Assembly: GCA_963844845.1 (NCBI GenBank)
Contig: CAWJPW010000011.1
Span: forward strand, 384,476-448,475
Direction: 5' to 3'
DNA length: 64,000 bases
Origin: an uncultured Acidobacteriota bacterium
GTDB lineage: Bacteria > Acidobacteriota > Thermoanaerobaculia > Thermoanaerobaculales > Sulfomarinibacteraceae
Shown here: one piece after another, positions 10,047-17,685 of the stretch
Layout of the letters: every line of letters starts with the position of its first letter
Numbering within the stretch: the first letter of the stretch is position 1
Translations under genes and position numbers: made by a program
The notes under the pieces: generated by a model
The model's input: the letters and a program-made list of their open reading frames with translations, nothing else
Told to the model about the DNA's origin: nothing
The model's database searches: none

Positions 10047-10567
10047 TTGGGTTCCAGAGCCTGATGCCACAGGATGTCTTCGGGGCTCCTGGAGGCATCG
10101 AGGAGATCGCCCAGGTTCGGCCACATCAGCGAACCCGACGCTCCCCAATCGGCCCAGTGCTCCACCAGGCCCTTGCGCACCGGATTCTCGATGATGTACC
10201 ACACCGTCGCTGCGATCCCGTCCAGCCGGCGGATTACCCGGTCGTGGTACCCGCGCTGCCACACGGGGCCCTCAGCACGCTCATGCCGCAGATTGCGAGC
10301 TACTACCGCTTTGAATGCCTGGGCGAACGCTCGCGGCGACCTCAGCGGAGTCACCACCAGGACATGAACGTGGTCAGGCATCACGCAGTACGCCAGGGTG
10401 CGCCATCCCACCTCATGGAGGTTGCCCAGAACAGCCAGTGCAACCTCGGAAACGCCGGCCCGGCTGAGCAGGGGCTGCCGATTCGCGGTGCACATCGTCA
10501 GCAGAACGAGCCGACGCTTCTCTGCAAATACACAATCGTCGAGATGGTGGAGCTTGCGACGCAGCAC
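10040..10567 (-). CDS. REP-associated tyrosine transposase (RAYT; IS200/IS605-like Y1 HUH transposase)
   Basis: 175 aa. Has the HUH motif PDHVHVLVV, an N-terminal LLTMCTANRQPLL, and a C-terminal WYIIENPVRKGLV (the Y..NPVRxGLV helix typical of RAYTs). Flanked on both sides by inverted REP hairpins. GTG start. Confidence 0.8.
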   Translation of the reverse strand: MLRRKLHHLDDCVFAEKRRLVLLTMCTANRQPLLSRAGVSEVALAVLGNLHEVGWRTLAYCVMPDHVHVLVVTPLRSPRAFAQAFKAVVARNLRHERAEGPVWQRGYHDRVIRRLDGIAATVWYIIENPVRKGLVEHWADWGASGSLMWPNLGDLLDASRSPEDILWHQALEPKV

Positions 10568-10619
10568 CTATCGATGATAGCCGCGCCGCCCTCTTGCCCG
10601 CACCGCACGCCAACGGGCA

Positions 10620-12102
10620 GGGCGGGCGGGGGGTGTAGGCGCGGAGCTTCTCCGCGCCACCAGGGCGCCCACCGGGCGTGCTGCGCTTGCCTGGCCCGGC
10701 CGATCGCCGTGGGTCGGGGGAACCCCCGCCCCCGCGCCAACGCCAAGGGTGGCGCGCGAAAGTCGCGCGCCTACACCGGCATGGAATCCACAGCCCCGGC
10801 CCGCGCCAAGGGCGACCCATCGACCGCGTCGGCCTCCCGAGGGCGGGCGGGGGGTGTAGGCGCGGAGCTTCTCCGCGCCACCAGGGCGCCCACCGGGCGT
10901 GCTCCGCTTGCCTGGCCCGGCCGATCGCCGCGGGTCGCCGGAACCCCCGCCCCCGCGCCAACGCCAAGGGTGGCGCGCGAAAGTCGCGCGCCTACATGGG
11001 CATGGAATTCACAGCCCCGGCCCGCGCCAAGGGCGACCCATCGACCGCGTCGGCCTCCCGAGGGCGGGCGGGGGGTGTAGGCGCGGAGCTTCTCCGCGCC
11101 ACCAGGGCGCCCGCCGGGCGTGCTCCGCTTGCCTGGCCCGGCCGATCGCCGCGGGTCGCCGGAACCCCCGCCCCCGCGCCAACGCCAAGGGTGGCGCGCG
11201 AAAGTCGCGCGCCTACACCGGCATGGAATTCACAGCCCCGGCCCGCGCCAAGGGCGACCCATCGACCGCGTCGGCCTCCCGAGGGCGGGCGGGGGGTGTA
11301 GGCGCGGAGCTTCTCCGCGCCACCAGGGCGCCCACCGGGCGTGCTGCGCTTGCCTGGCCCGGCCGATCGCCGTGGGTCGCCGGAACCCCCGCCCCCGCGC
11401 CAACGCCAAGGGTGGCGCGCGAAAGTCGCGCGCCTACACCGGCATGGAATTCACAGCCCCGGCCCGCGCCAAGGGCGACCCATCGACCGCGTCGGCCTCC
11501 CGAGGGCGGGCGGGGGGTGTAGGCGCGGAGCTTCTCCGCGCCACCAGGGCGCCCGCCGGGCGCGCTGCGCTTGCCTGGCCCGGCCGATCGCCGTGGGTCG
11601 CCGGAACCCCCACCACGGCGCCAGCGCCAAGGGTGGCGCGCGAAAGTCGCGCGCCTACACCGGCATGGAATTCACAGCCCCGGCCCGCGCCAAGGGCGAC
11701 CCATCGACCGCGTCGGCCTCCCGAGGGCGGGCGGGGGGTGTAGGCGCGGAGCTTCTCCGCGCCACCAGGGCGCCCACCGGGCGTGCTCCGCTTGCCTGGC
11801 CCGGCCGATCGCCGCGGGTCGCCGGAACCCCCGCCCCCGCGCCAACGCCAAGGGTGGCGCGCGAAAGTCGCGCGCCTACACCGGCATGGAATTCACAGCC
11901 CCGGCCCGCGCCAAGGGCGACCCATCGACCGCGTCGGCCTCCCGAGGGCGGGCGGGGGGTGTAGGCGCGGAGCTTCTCCGCGCCACCAGGGCGCCCGCCG
12001 GGCGTGCTGCGCTTGCCTGGCCCGGCCGATCGCCGCGGGTCGCCGGAACCCCCACCACGGCGCCAGCGCCAAGGGTGGCGCGCGAAAGTCGCGCGCCTAC
12101 AC
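10620..12102. repeat. Right block: 7 near-identical tandem 221-bp REP-doublet units with a 442-bp higher-order pattern
   Basis: Exact 221-bp phasing of GGTGTAGG heads. Units 5 and 7 share the variant CACCACGGCGCCAGCGCC in place of CGCCCCCGCGCCAACGCC. The 65-nt linker contains an AT-richer core, CATGGAATTCACAG. Confidence 0.9.
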
Positions 12103-12164
12103 TGGCGGGGGGTCGGCTGCTTCGAGGCGTCATGGGCGATCGGGTGAGCGCCCCCCGGTCTCCC

Positions 12165-13388
12165 CTACCCCACCGCCAGGCTGCGGTAGTACTCCGCCGC
12201 GCGCTCCAACCCCTCGCCCAACCCCACCTCGGCGGCGAAGCCGAGGGCGTCACGAGCGCGCGTGGCATCGGCCATGGAGTGGCGCACGTCGCCGGGGCGG
12301 GGCTCGCCGTGGATAGGCTCGGGGCCGCCACCGGCTGCCGCCCGCACCAACCGAGCCAGCTCGTTCACCGTGGTGCGGCTGCCCGGGGCGACGTTGTACG
12401 CCCGCCCACACGCCTCCGCCGAGGCGCCGGCGGCGTGGAGATTGGCGGCCACGGCGTCGGCGACGAAGGTGAAGTCGCGGCTCTGCTCGCCGTCGCCGTG
12501 GATGAGCGGCGGCTCGCCGGCCAGGCTGGCGGCGAAGAAGCGCGGGATCACCGCGGCGTAGGCCCCGGCGGGATCCTGGCGCGGGCCGTAGATGTTGAAG
12601 TAGCGCAGGCCCACCAGCTCCATGGCGTAGCAGGCGGCGAACAGCTGCGCCAGCTCCTCGTTCATGACCTTGGAAAGAGCGTACGGCGACAGCGGCATCC
12701 CCTCCTCGCCCTCACGCTTGGGCAGGGTGTCGGAGTCGCCGTACACGCTGGAGGAGGAAGCGTAGACCAGCCGGCGGACGCCGGCGTCGCGGGCCGCCGC
12801 GAAGACGTTGGCGGTGCCGGCGACGTTCACCGCAATGCTGGTGGCGGGATCGGCCATGGAGCGCGGCACCGAGCCCAGGGCGGCCTGGTGGAAGACGTAG
12901 ACGGGAGAGGGAAGACGGGAGACGGGAGACGCTTTCCCCCACCCACCCGGGGCCTCCGCGGTACCGGCGCCTGAGACCCCATCCGTCGGTACCGGCGCAG
13001 CCGGCTCGGTGGGGTCGGCGTCGGGGTCGGTGCGGCCGGTCATCGCCGAGGTCACCAGCGCACCGCGGCCACCGAGGCCGGCGCGCCCGTCGAGGGGCTC
13101 GAGCCCCATGGCGAGGCGGCAGTCGCCCGCGTTGCGGATATCGCCCAGAACCACGGTGACGGGCGCCACCGACGAGGCGACGACGGTGGGCAGCGGCGCC
13201 GCGGCGAGGGCCTCACGCTCGGCCGGCGCGAGCAGGTGGGCGAGGTTCTCGACCCTTCCTGTGGCGAGGTTGTCGAGCACGGTGACCCGTGCACCCCGCT
13301 CGAGCAGCGCATCCACGAGGTGGGAGCCGATGAAGCCGGCGCCGCCTGTTACAGCCACCGGCACGTCACGAAGCATCGGAATGGTCAT
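12165..13388 (-). CDS. NAD-dependent UDP-sugar 4-epimerase (WbpP/TviC-like extended SDR) carrying a 67-aa in-frame insertion
   Basis: Rossmann motif VTGGAGFIGSHLV, HQAALGSVPRS, catalytic SPYALSK, and GLRYFNIYGPRQDPAGAYAAVIPRF. The protein is 407 aa versus about 340 typical. The extra segment between GDIRNAGDCRLAMG and VYVFHQAALG corresponds to 12903-13103. Confidence 0.85.
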   Translation of the reverse strand: MTIPMLRDVPVAVTGGAGFIGSHLVDALLERGARVTVLDNLATGRVENLAHLLAPAEREALAAAPLPTVVASSVAPVTVVLGDIRNAGDCRLAMGLEPLDGRAGLGGRGALVTSAMTGRTDPDADPTEPAAPVPTDGVSGAGTAEAPGGWGKASPVSRLPSPVYVFHQAALGSVPRSMADPATSIAVNVAGTANVFAAARDAGVRRLVYASSSSVYGDSDTLPKREGEEGMPLSPYALSKVMNEELAQLFAACYAMELVGLRYFNIYGPRQDPAGAYAAVIPRFFAASLAGEPPLIHGDGEQSRDFTFVADAVAANLHAAGASAEACGRAYNVAPGSRTTVNELARLVRAAAGGGPEPIHGEPRPGDVRHSMADATRARDALGFAAEVGLGEGLERAAEYYRSLAVG

Positions 13389-13394
13389 GTCGCT

Positions 13395-13823
13395 TCAATC
13401 CTCCTGGTCGATTGGCGGCGCCGGCTGGGGAGACGAAAGACGGGAGACGGAAGACGCTCTGGTCCCACAATCCCGCAACGTGGTCACCAGGCCGGAGAGC
13501 AACGCGAAGACGCGCTCGAGGGACCTGGCGGCCGGGGCTCCGCGTCCAACAGGGAGAAAGCCGAGCTGATGAGCGATCCTCAGCTGAGTGTCAAGCTCGA
13601 CGAGCGAGCCTCGGGCCATCATCAAGAACCGAAGGAAGTCCTTGTCGGTACCGCGCGCCGCTCCCTCAGCGATGTTGCAGGGCACGGAGACGGCTGCGCG
13701 CCTCATCTGGGACGTGAGCCCGAAGACCTCCTCGCGCGGGAAGTCTGACGTCGCGCGGTACACGTGGGAAACGAGCTCGATCGCCTCCTGCCAAACCTCG
13801 AGATCGTGATGTCGCAGCCTCAT
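13395..13823 (-). CDS. Four-helix-bundle protein ('23S rRNA intervening-sequence protein' family, Avd-like)
   Basis: HHDLEVWQEAIELVSHVYRATSDFPREEVFGLTSQMRRAAVSVPCNIAEGAARGTDKDFLRFLMMARGSLVELDTQLRIAHQLGFL is a textbook match to this family. The last ~20 aa (TRASSVSRLSSPQPAPP...) are read-through into the flanking repeat arm. Confidence 0.9.
   Translation of the reverse strand: MRLRHHDLEVWQEAIELVSHVYRATSDFPREEVFGLTSQMRRAAVSVPCNIAEGAARGTDKDFLRFLMMARGSLVELDTQLRIAHQLGFLPVGRGAPAARSLERVFALLSGLVTTLRDCGTRASSVSRLSSPQPAPPIDQED
13427..13466 (+). repeat. Purine-rich arm (type A) of the inverted pair flanking the four-helix-bundle gene
   Basis: GGGGAGACGAAAGACGGGAGACGGAAGACGC (13427-13457) matches the reverse complement of 14045-14075 at about 26/31 positions. 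Confidence 0.8.
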
Positions 13824-14024
13824 GGACTCACTCCAGCCAGGCGATTCACGAGATCATGCCCCAACCCTTGAGCAAATGCACCCGACCGAGCAAGCTCGAT
13901 CATTGCCATTCACCCGAACAACTCGGCGTGGCCCAGAGGTTATCTCCGAGTTCGCAGGGAGGTTGCACCCTCGATTCTGTTCGGCGCGGACGAGCGGAAG
14001 GCCCCGACCGCTCGCCGGCCCGGA

Positions 14025-14078
14025 CCCCGGGCGGGCGGGGGAAAGCCTCTCCCGTCTCCCCTTTTCCTTCTCCCCTAC
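14025..14078 (+). repeat. Pyrimidine-rich arm (type B) with G-rich head
   Basis: CCCCGGGCGGGCGGGGGAAAGCCTCTCCCGTCTCCCCTTTTCCTTCTCCCC. Its reverse complement is GGGGAGAAGGAAAAGGGGAGACGGGAGAGGC.... It ends 3 nt before the dehydrogenase stop codon (14081-14083). Confidence 0.8.
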
Positions 14079-14080
14079 TC

Positions 14081-15403
14081 TCACGCCTTCACGACATTGG
14101 GACGCACTTCCCGGTACACCCCCCTCGTGTCGACGATGAGCGGTACGTGCCTGGCGATGTGCTCGTAGTCCACGCTGCTGTGGTCGGTGACCAGGACCGC
14201 CGCGTCGAGGTGGCGGAGGTAGCCGTCGCTGAGCGGCTGGGAGGCCATCACCGGCAGCTCGGGCCAGGAGCGCATGGCGGGCGCCACCGGAATGTGCGGG
14301 TCGTGGTAGCTGACGTCCGCCCCCAGGCGCAGGAGGCGGTCGAGGATCTCGAAGGCCGGGCTCTCGCGCGGGTCGTCGATATCCTTCTTGTAGGCGAGGC
14401 CGAGCACCAGGACCTTGGCCCCCTTCACCGCCTTGCCGTGCTCGTTGAGGGCCAGCTGGAGCTTACCCACAACGTACTCCGGCATCTCCACGTTGATCTC
14501 GCCGGCGAGCTCGATGAACTTGGGAGCGACGCCGTACTCGCGGGCCTTCCACGAGAGGTAGAAGGGATCCAGCGGGATGCAGTGGCCGCCCCACCCCGGG
14601 CCGGGGTTGAAGCGCATGAAGCCGAAGGGCTTGGTGGCGGCGGCGTCGAGCACCTCCCAGACGTCCACGCCCATGCGGTCGTAGACGACCTTGAGCTCGT
14701 TGACGAGGGCGATGTTGACGGCGCGAAAGATGTTCTCCACCAGCTTGGTGGCCTCGGCGGCGCGGGCCGAGGAGACGCGCACGGTGCGGGCGATGACCTG
14801 GGCGTAGAGGGCCTCGGCGAGGTCGCCGGAGACGGCGTCGACGCCGCCCACCACCTTGGGGATGGTGGTGGTGCCGTAGTCGGGGTTGCCGGGGTCCTCA
14901 CGCTCGGGTGAGAAGGCGAGGAAGAACTCCTCGCCACAGCGCAGCCCCGTGCCCTCGAGCACGCCGCAGAGGAGCTCGTCGGTGGTGCCGGGGTAGGTGG
15001 TGGACTCGAGCACGACCAGCTGGCCCGGGCGCAAGCACGGCTTGATCTGGTGCGCGGTGTTCACGACGTAGGACATGTCCGGCTCGCGCTGGGGGGTGAG
15101 CGGCGTGGGCACGCAGATGAGCAGTGCGTCGGGCTCGCCGAGGCGGAGGAAGTCGACGGTGGCGGTGAGACGCCCGTCGGCGACCACGGTCTTCAGCCGA
15201 TCGCCGTCGAGGTGCTTGATGTAGCACTCGCCGCGGCCGAGGGCCTCGATCTTGGCCGGGTCGACGTCGAAGCCGATGACCTGGAAGCCCTTCTCGGCGA
15301 AGGCGAGGGCGAGCGGCAGACCCACGTAGCCGAGCCCGATGATGCCAACCGTGGCCTCGTGGCTTTCGATGGCCGTTCTCAGGCCGCTCGCGTGCTGACT
15401 CAT
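14081..15403 (-). CDS. Nucleotide-sugar dehydrogenase (UDP-GlcNAc/UDP-ManNAc 6-dehydrogenase, TviB/WbpA/WecC-like)
   Basis: From the ATG at 15403: MSQHASG...VGIIGLGYVGLPLALAFAEKGFQVIGFD...ICVPTPL...GFMRFNPGPGWGGHCIPLDPFYL...LGLAYKKDIDDPRESPA. The track ORF (to 15613) over-extends upstream. Confidence 0.9.
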   Translation of the reverse strand: MSQHASGLRTAIESHEATVGIIGLGYVGLPLALAFAEKGFQVIGFDVDPAKIEALGRGECYIKHLDGDRLKTVVADGRLTATVDFLRLGEPDALLICVPTPLTPQREPDMSYVVNTAHQIKPCLRPGQLVVLESTTYPGTTDELLCGVLEGTGLRCGEEFFLAFSPEREDPGNPDYGTTTIPKVVGGVDAVSGDLAEALYAQVIARTVRVSSARAAEATKLVENIFRAVNIALVNELKVVYDRMGVDVWEVLDAAATKPFGFMRFNPGPGWGGHCIPLDPFYLSWKAREYGVAPKFIELAGEINVEMPEYVVGKLQLALNEHGKAVKGAKVLVLGLAYKKDIDDPRESPAFEILDRLLRLGADVSYHDPHIPVAPAMRSWPELPVMASQPLSDGYLRHLDAAVLVTDHSSVDYEHIARHVPLIVDTRGVYREVRPNVVKA

Positions 15404-15458
15404 GACAGCTCTCCCTTCGCAGAGGCGCCGCGCGGAGGACCGGCGGGCGGGCGCCCGT

Positions 15459-17660
15459 CTACGTCTTCTCCGTGGATACCGGCTGCTTCTCGTAGCCGTA
15501 GTGGTAGTAGGAGTAGTGGTACGAGTAGGCGTGGTCGCGGCGGATGTTGACCTTGTTGAGCACCGCGCCAGCCACCCGGGCGCCGGCCCGGTTGAGCTGG
15601 CGCACGGTGTCACGCACCAGCTGACGGCGCACTCCGCCGTACTCCACGACCAGCAGCACCATGTCGACCAGGCGCGAGCACATCACCGCGTCGGTCACCG
15701 ACATCACCGGCGGGGTGTCGACGACGACCCAGTCGTAGCCCGAGCGGGCGCCGTCGATGAGCCTGAGGAACGCCTCGTTGCTGAAGAGCTCGGGCGGGTT
15801 GGGCGGCAGCGGCCCCGAGGTGACGACGTCGAGCCCCACCACCGACGGCGCGCGGTGGACGACGTCGGCGAGCTCGCTCTCGGCCAGCACCACCGAGGTG
15901 AGGCCGTGGTCATTGCCGCTCTCGAGGATCCGGTGCAGACGCGGCCGCCGCAGATCGGCGTCCAGCAGCAGCACCCGCGACCCCGCCATGGCAAGGGTCT
16001 CGGCGAGGCTGTAGGCGACCGTGGTCTTGCCCTCCTGGGGCGTCGCCGAGGTGACCATGAGGACGTGGGAGCCTTGGCCGTGCGCAGCCAGCATCACCGC
16101 GGTGCGCAGCGACTGGTAGGCCTCACGCACCGAGCCGCCGGTGCTTCCTTCGTGCTCGGGGAAGATCGCCAGGACATCGAGGCCGGTACAGCGCTCGACG
16201 TCCTCGGGGGTGCGCAGGCTCTGGTCGACGTAGTCGAGCAGGAAGACCATGCCGACGCCGAGGAAGAGGCCGAGAGCGAGCGACATCGAGATGCTGCGTC
16301 GGAGGTTGGGAGTGTAGGGTGCCTTGGGCGGCCGCGCCGGGTCGATGACCCTCACGTTGTTGAGGTCGGCGGAGGAGGAGATGTCCACCTCCTTGGAGCG
16401 CGACATCATCTCCTCGAGGAACGACTTGTTCTGGTCGTAGTCGCGCCTGAGCTTCTCGAACTCCATGGTCTGCTTGGAGAGGTCGATGGACTGGTTCTTG
16501 AGCTGCTGGATGTTGGCGTAGAGCGACTGCTCGCGGAGCTTCTTGATCTCGTAGTCGGCCTCGAGAGAGGTCAGGATCGTCTTGATCTGGGCGGCAATGC
16601 GGGCGTCGATCCCGTTGAGGCGCGAGCGCAGCTCCTTGATGACCGGGTGGCCCTCCTTGTAGGTGCGCAGCTTATCGTTGAGGTCCACCTCAACCGCGTT
16701 CTTCTGCTGCTGCAGCGACTGGATGGTGGGGTCGTTGAGCACTTCGGGGAAGCTCGTCTCGGCGATCTTCTCGGCGCGCAGCTGGCGCAGGGCGGCGATC
16801 TTGGTCTCCAGCTGGATGCGGTCGGCCTTGGCCTTGGCGTACTCGGTGGTGAGGGTGTTGACCTGCTCGGTAATGACGTTCTTGTCCTCGTCGGCGAAGA
16901 GCAGGGAGTCCTTGCGCTCGCGGAACTTGGTGAGTCTTTCTTCCGACTGCTCGACCTGCTCGCGCAGGGGCTCGAGCTTGGACTGGATCACCGAGTACAC
17001 CTGGCGGGTGCGCTCGAGGCTGTCGTCGATGTTGGCGGCGATGTACTCCTGGATGTACACGTTGAGCCACTCGGAGATGCGCTCGGCATCGGATCCGGTC
17101 ATGGAGATGATGAGAATGTCGGTGTCCTTGATGCGGCTCACGTCGATGGCGCCGAGCAGCCGGTTGGCCGCCGCCTCCTCGGCCGCAGGGTCGGAGGTGG
17201 GTGCGAGCCCCAGGCGCTCCACCACCCGCAGGGCCAACCGCTCGGTCCTGAGAACCTCGATTTGAGCGAGGACGTAGCGCTCCATCTTCCACCAGTCGAG
17301 GCCCACCGAGACATCGGACTTGACCAGGCGCGGCGAGGCCTCGAAGACGATCTTGGCGCTGGTGCGGTAGCGCTTGGGCCGGGTCCAGGCCCACGCCGCG
17401 CCGGCCAGCGTGACCACCAGGGCGACGGCCACCACCATCTTCCAGTGGGTGAGCAGGAGCCGGACATAGGCCATGACGTCGACGTCGTCGCCGGCCTCGC
17501 CGCCCCCGGGCGGCGGCGGCCACCCCGGGAACGGGCCGACGGCCCCCGGCGGCGGTGGGTAACCGGTGAACATGGGATCGTGGGAGTTCATCGGGTCGCG
17601 GTCGATGGCGTGCGCCCTCCTTTGGGCTCCAAGTGTAGAGGATTCTGTGGCCTGCGTCAC
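15459..17660 (-). CDS. Polysaccharide co-polymerase / tyrosine autokinase (Wzc/GumC-like)
   Basis: 733 aa with a chain-length-determinant region and long coiled coil. P-loop is VTSATPQEGKTTVA, DxD is LLLDADLRRP, and the C-terminal Tyr cluster is YSYHYSYYHYGY. GTG start; the exact start is uncertain. Confidence 0.9.
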   Translation of the reverse strand: MTQATESSTLGAQRRAHAIDRDPMNSHDPMFTGYPPPPGAVGPFPGWPPPPGGGEAGDDVDVMAYVRLLLTHWKMVVAVALVVTLAGAAWAWTRPKRYRTSAKIVFEASPRLVKSDVSVGLDWWKMERYVLAQIEVLRTERLALRVVERLGLAPTSDPAAEEAAANRLLGAIDVSRIKDTDILIISMTGSDAERISEWLNVYIQEYIAANIDDSLERTRQVYSVIQSKLEPLREQVEQSEERLTKFRERKDSLLFADEDKNVITEQVNTLTTEYAKAKADRIQLETKIAALRQLRAEKIAETSFPEVLNDPTIQSLQQQKNAVEVDLNDKLRTYKEGHPVIKELRSRLNGIDARIAAQIKTILTSLEADYEIKKLREQSLYANIQQLKNQSIDLSKQTMEFEKLRRDYDQNKSFLEEMMSRSKEVDISSSADLNNVRVIDPARPPKAPYTPNLRRSISMSLALGLFLGVGMVFLLDYVDQSLRTPEDVERCTGLDVLAIFPEHEGSTGGSVREAYQSLRTAVMLAAHGQGSHVLMVTSATPQEGKTTVAYSLAETLAMAGSRVLLLDADLRRPRLHRILESGNDHGLTSVVLAESELADVVHRAPSVVGLDVVTSGPLPPNPPELFSNEAFLRLIDGARSGYDWVVVDTPPVMSVTDAVMCSRLVDMVLLVVEYGGVRRQLVRDTVRQLNRAGARVAGAVLNKVNIRRDHAYSYHYSYYHYGYEKQPVSTEKT

Positions 17661-17685
17661 ACGCAGGCCGGGCGCCGAGGGCCGA

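Larger units (their letters stand above)
9421..12135 (-). mobile_element. RAYT plus REP/BIME-like composite: tyrosine transposase gene embedded in 10 tandem REP-doublet units
   Basis: There are three units left of the ORF (REP heads at 9430, 9621, 9842) and seven to the right (10632, 10853, 11074, 11295, 11516, 11737, 11958; exact 221-bp spacing). The same short linker (GGCTGCTTCGA(CGA)GGCGTCATGG) follows the first and last units. The element sits between rmlA and the epimerase gene. Confidence 0.8.

Noticed and set aside
9421-12135. Possible CRISPR array (regular repeats containing palindromes).
   Set aside because: There are no unique spacers, because the whole 221-bp unit is repeated near-identically. 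The period is far longer than a CRISPR repeat plus spacer. No cas genes are in the window. The GTAG-plus-hairpin architecture with an embedded HUH transposase fits REP/RAYT.
9476-12974. Series of long plus-strand ORFs through the repeat array. Examples are 9476-11080 (534 aa), the 207-aa ORFs starting every 221 bp at 10678/10899/11120/11341, and 11571-12974. Minus-strand counterparts also exist.
   Set aside because: They are generated by the tandem repeat itself. The 221-bp period is not a multiple of 3, so each 'protein' is the same DNA read in rotating frames. Their composition is Arg/Gly/Pro/Ala shadow sequence typical of non-coding high-GC DNA. They also overlap the real RAYT and epimerase genes.
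13395-13823. Diversity-generating retroelement, because the 4HB protein is Avd-like.
   Set aside because: No reverse transcriptase ORF and no template/variable repeat pair were found in the window. The flanking repeats are inverted low-complexity arms, not TR/VR.
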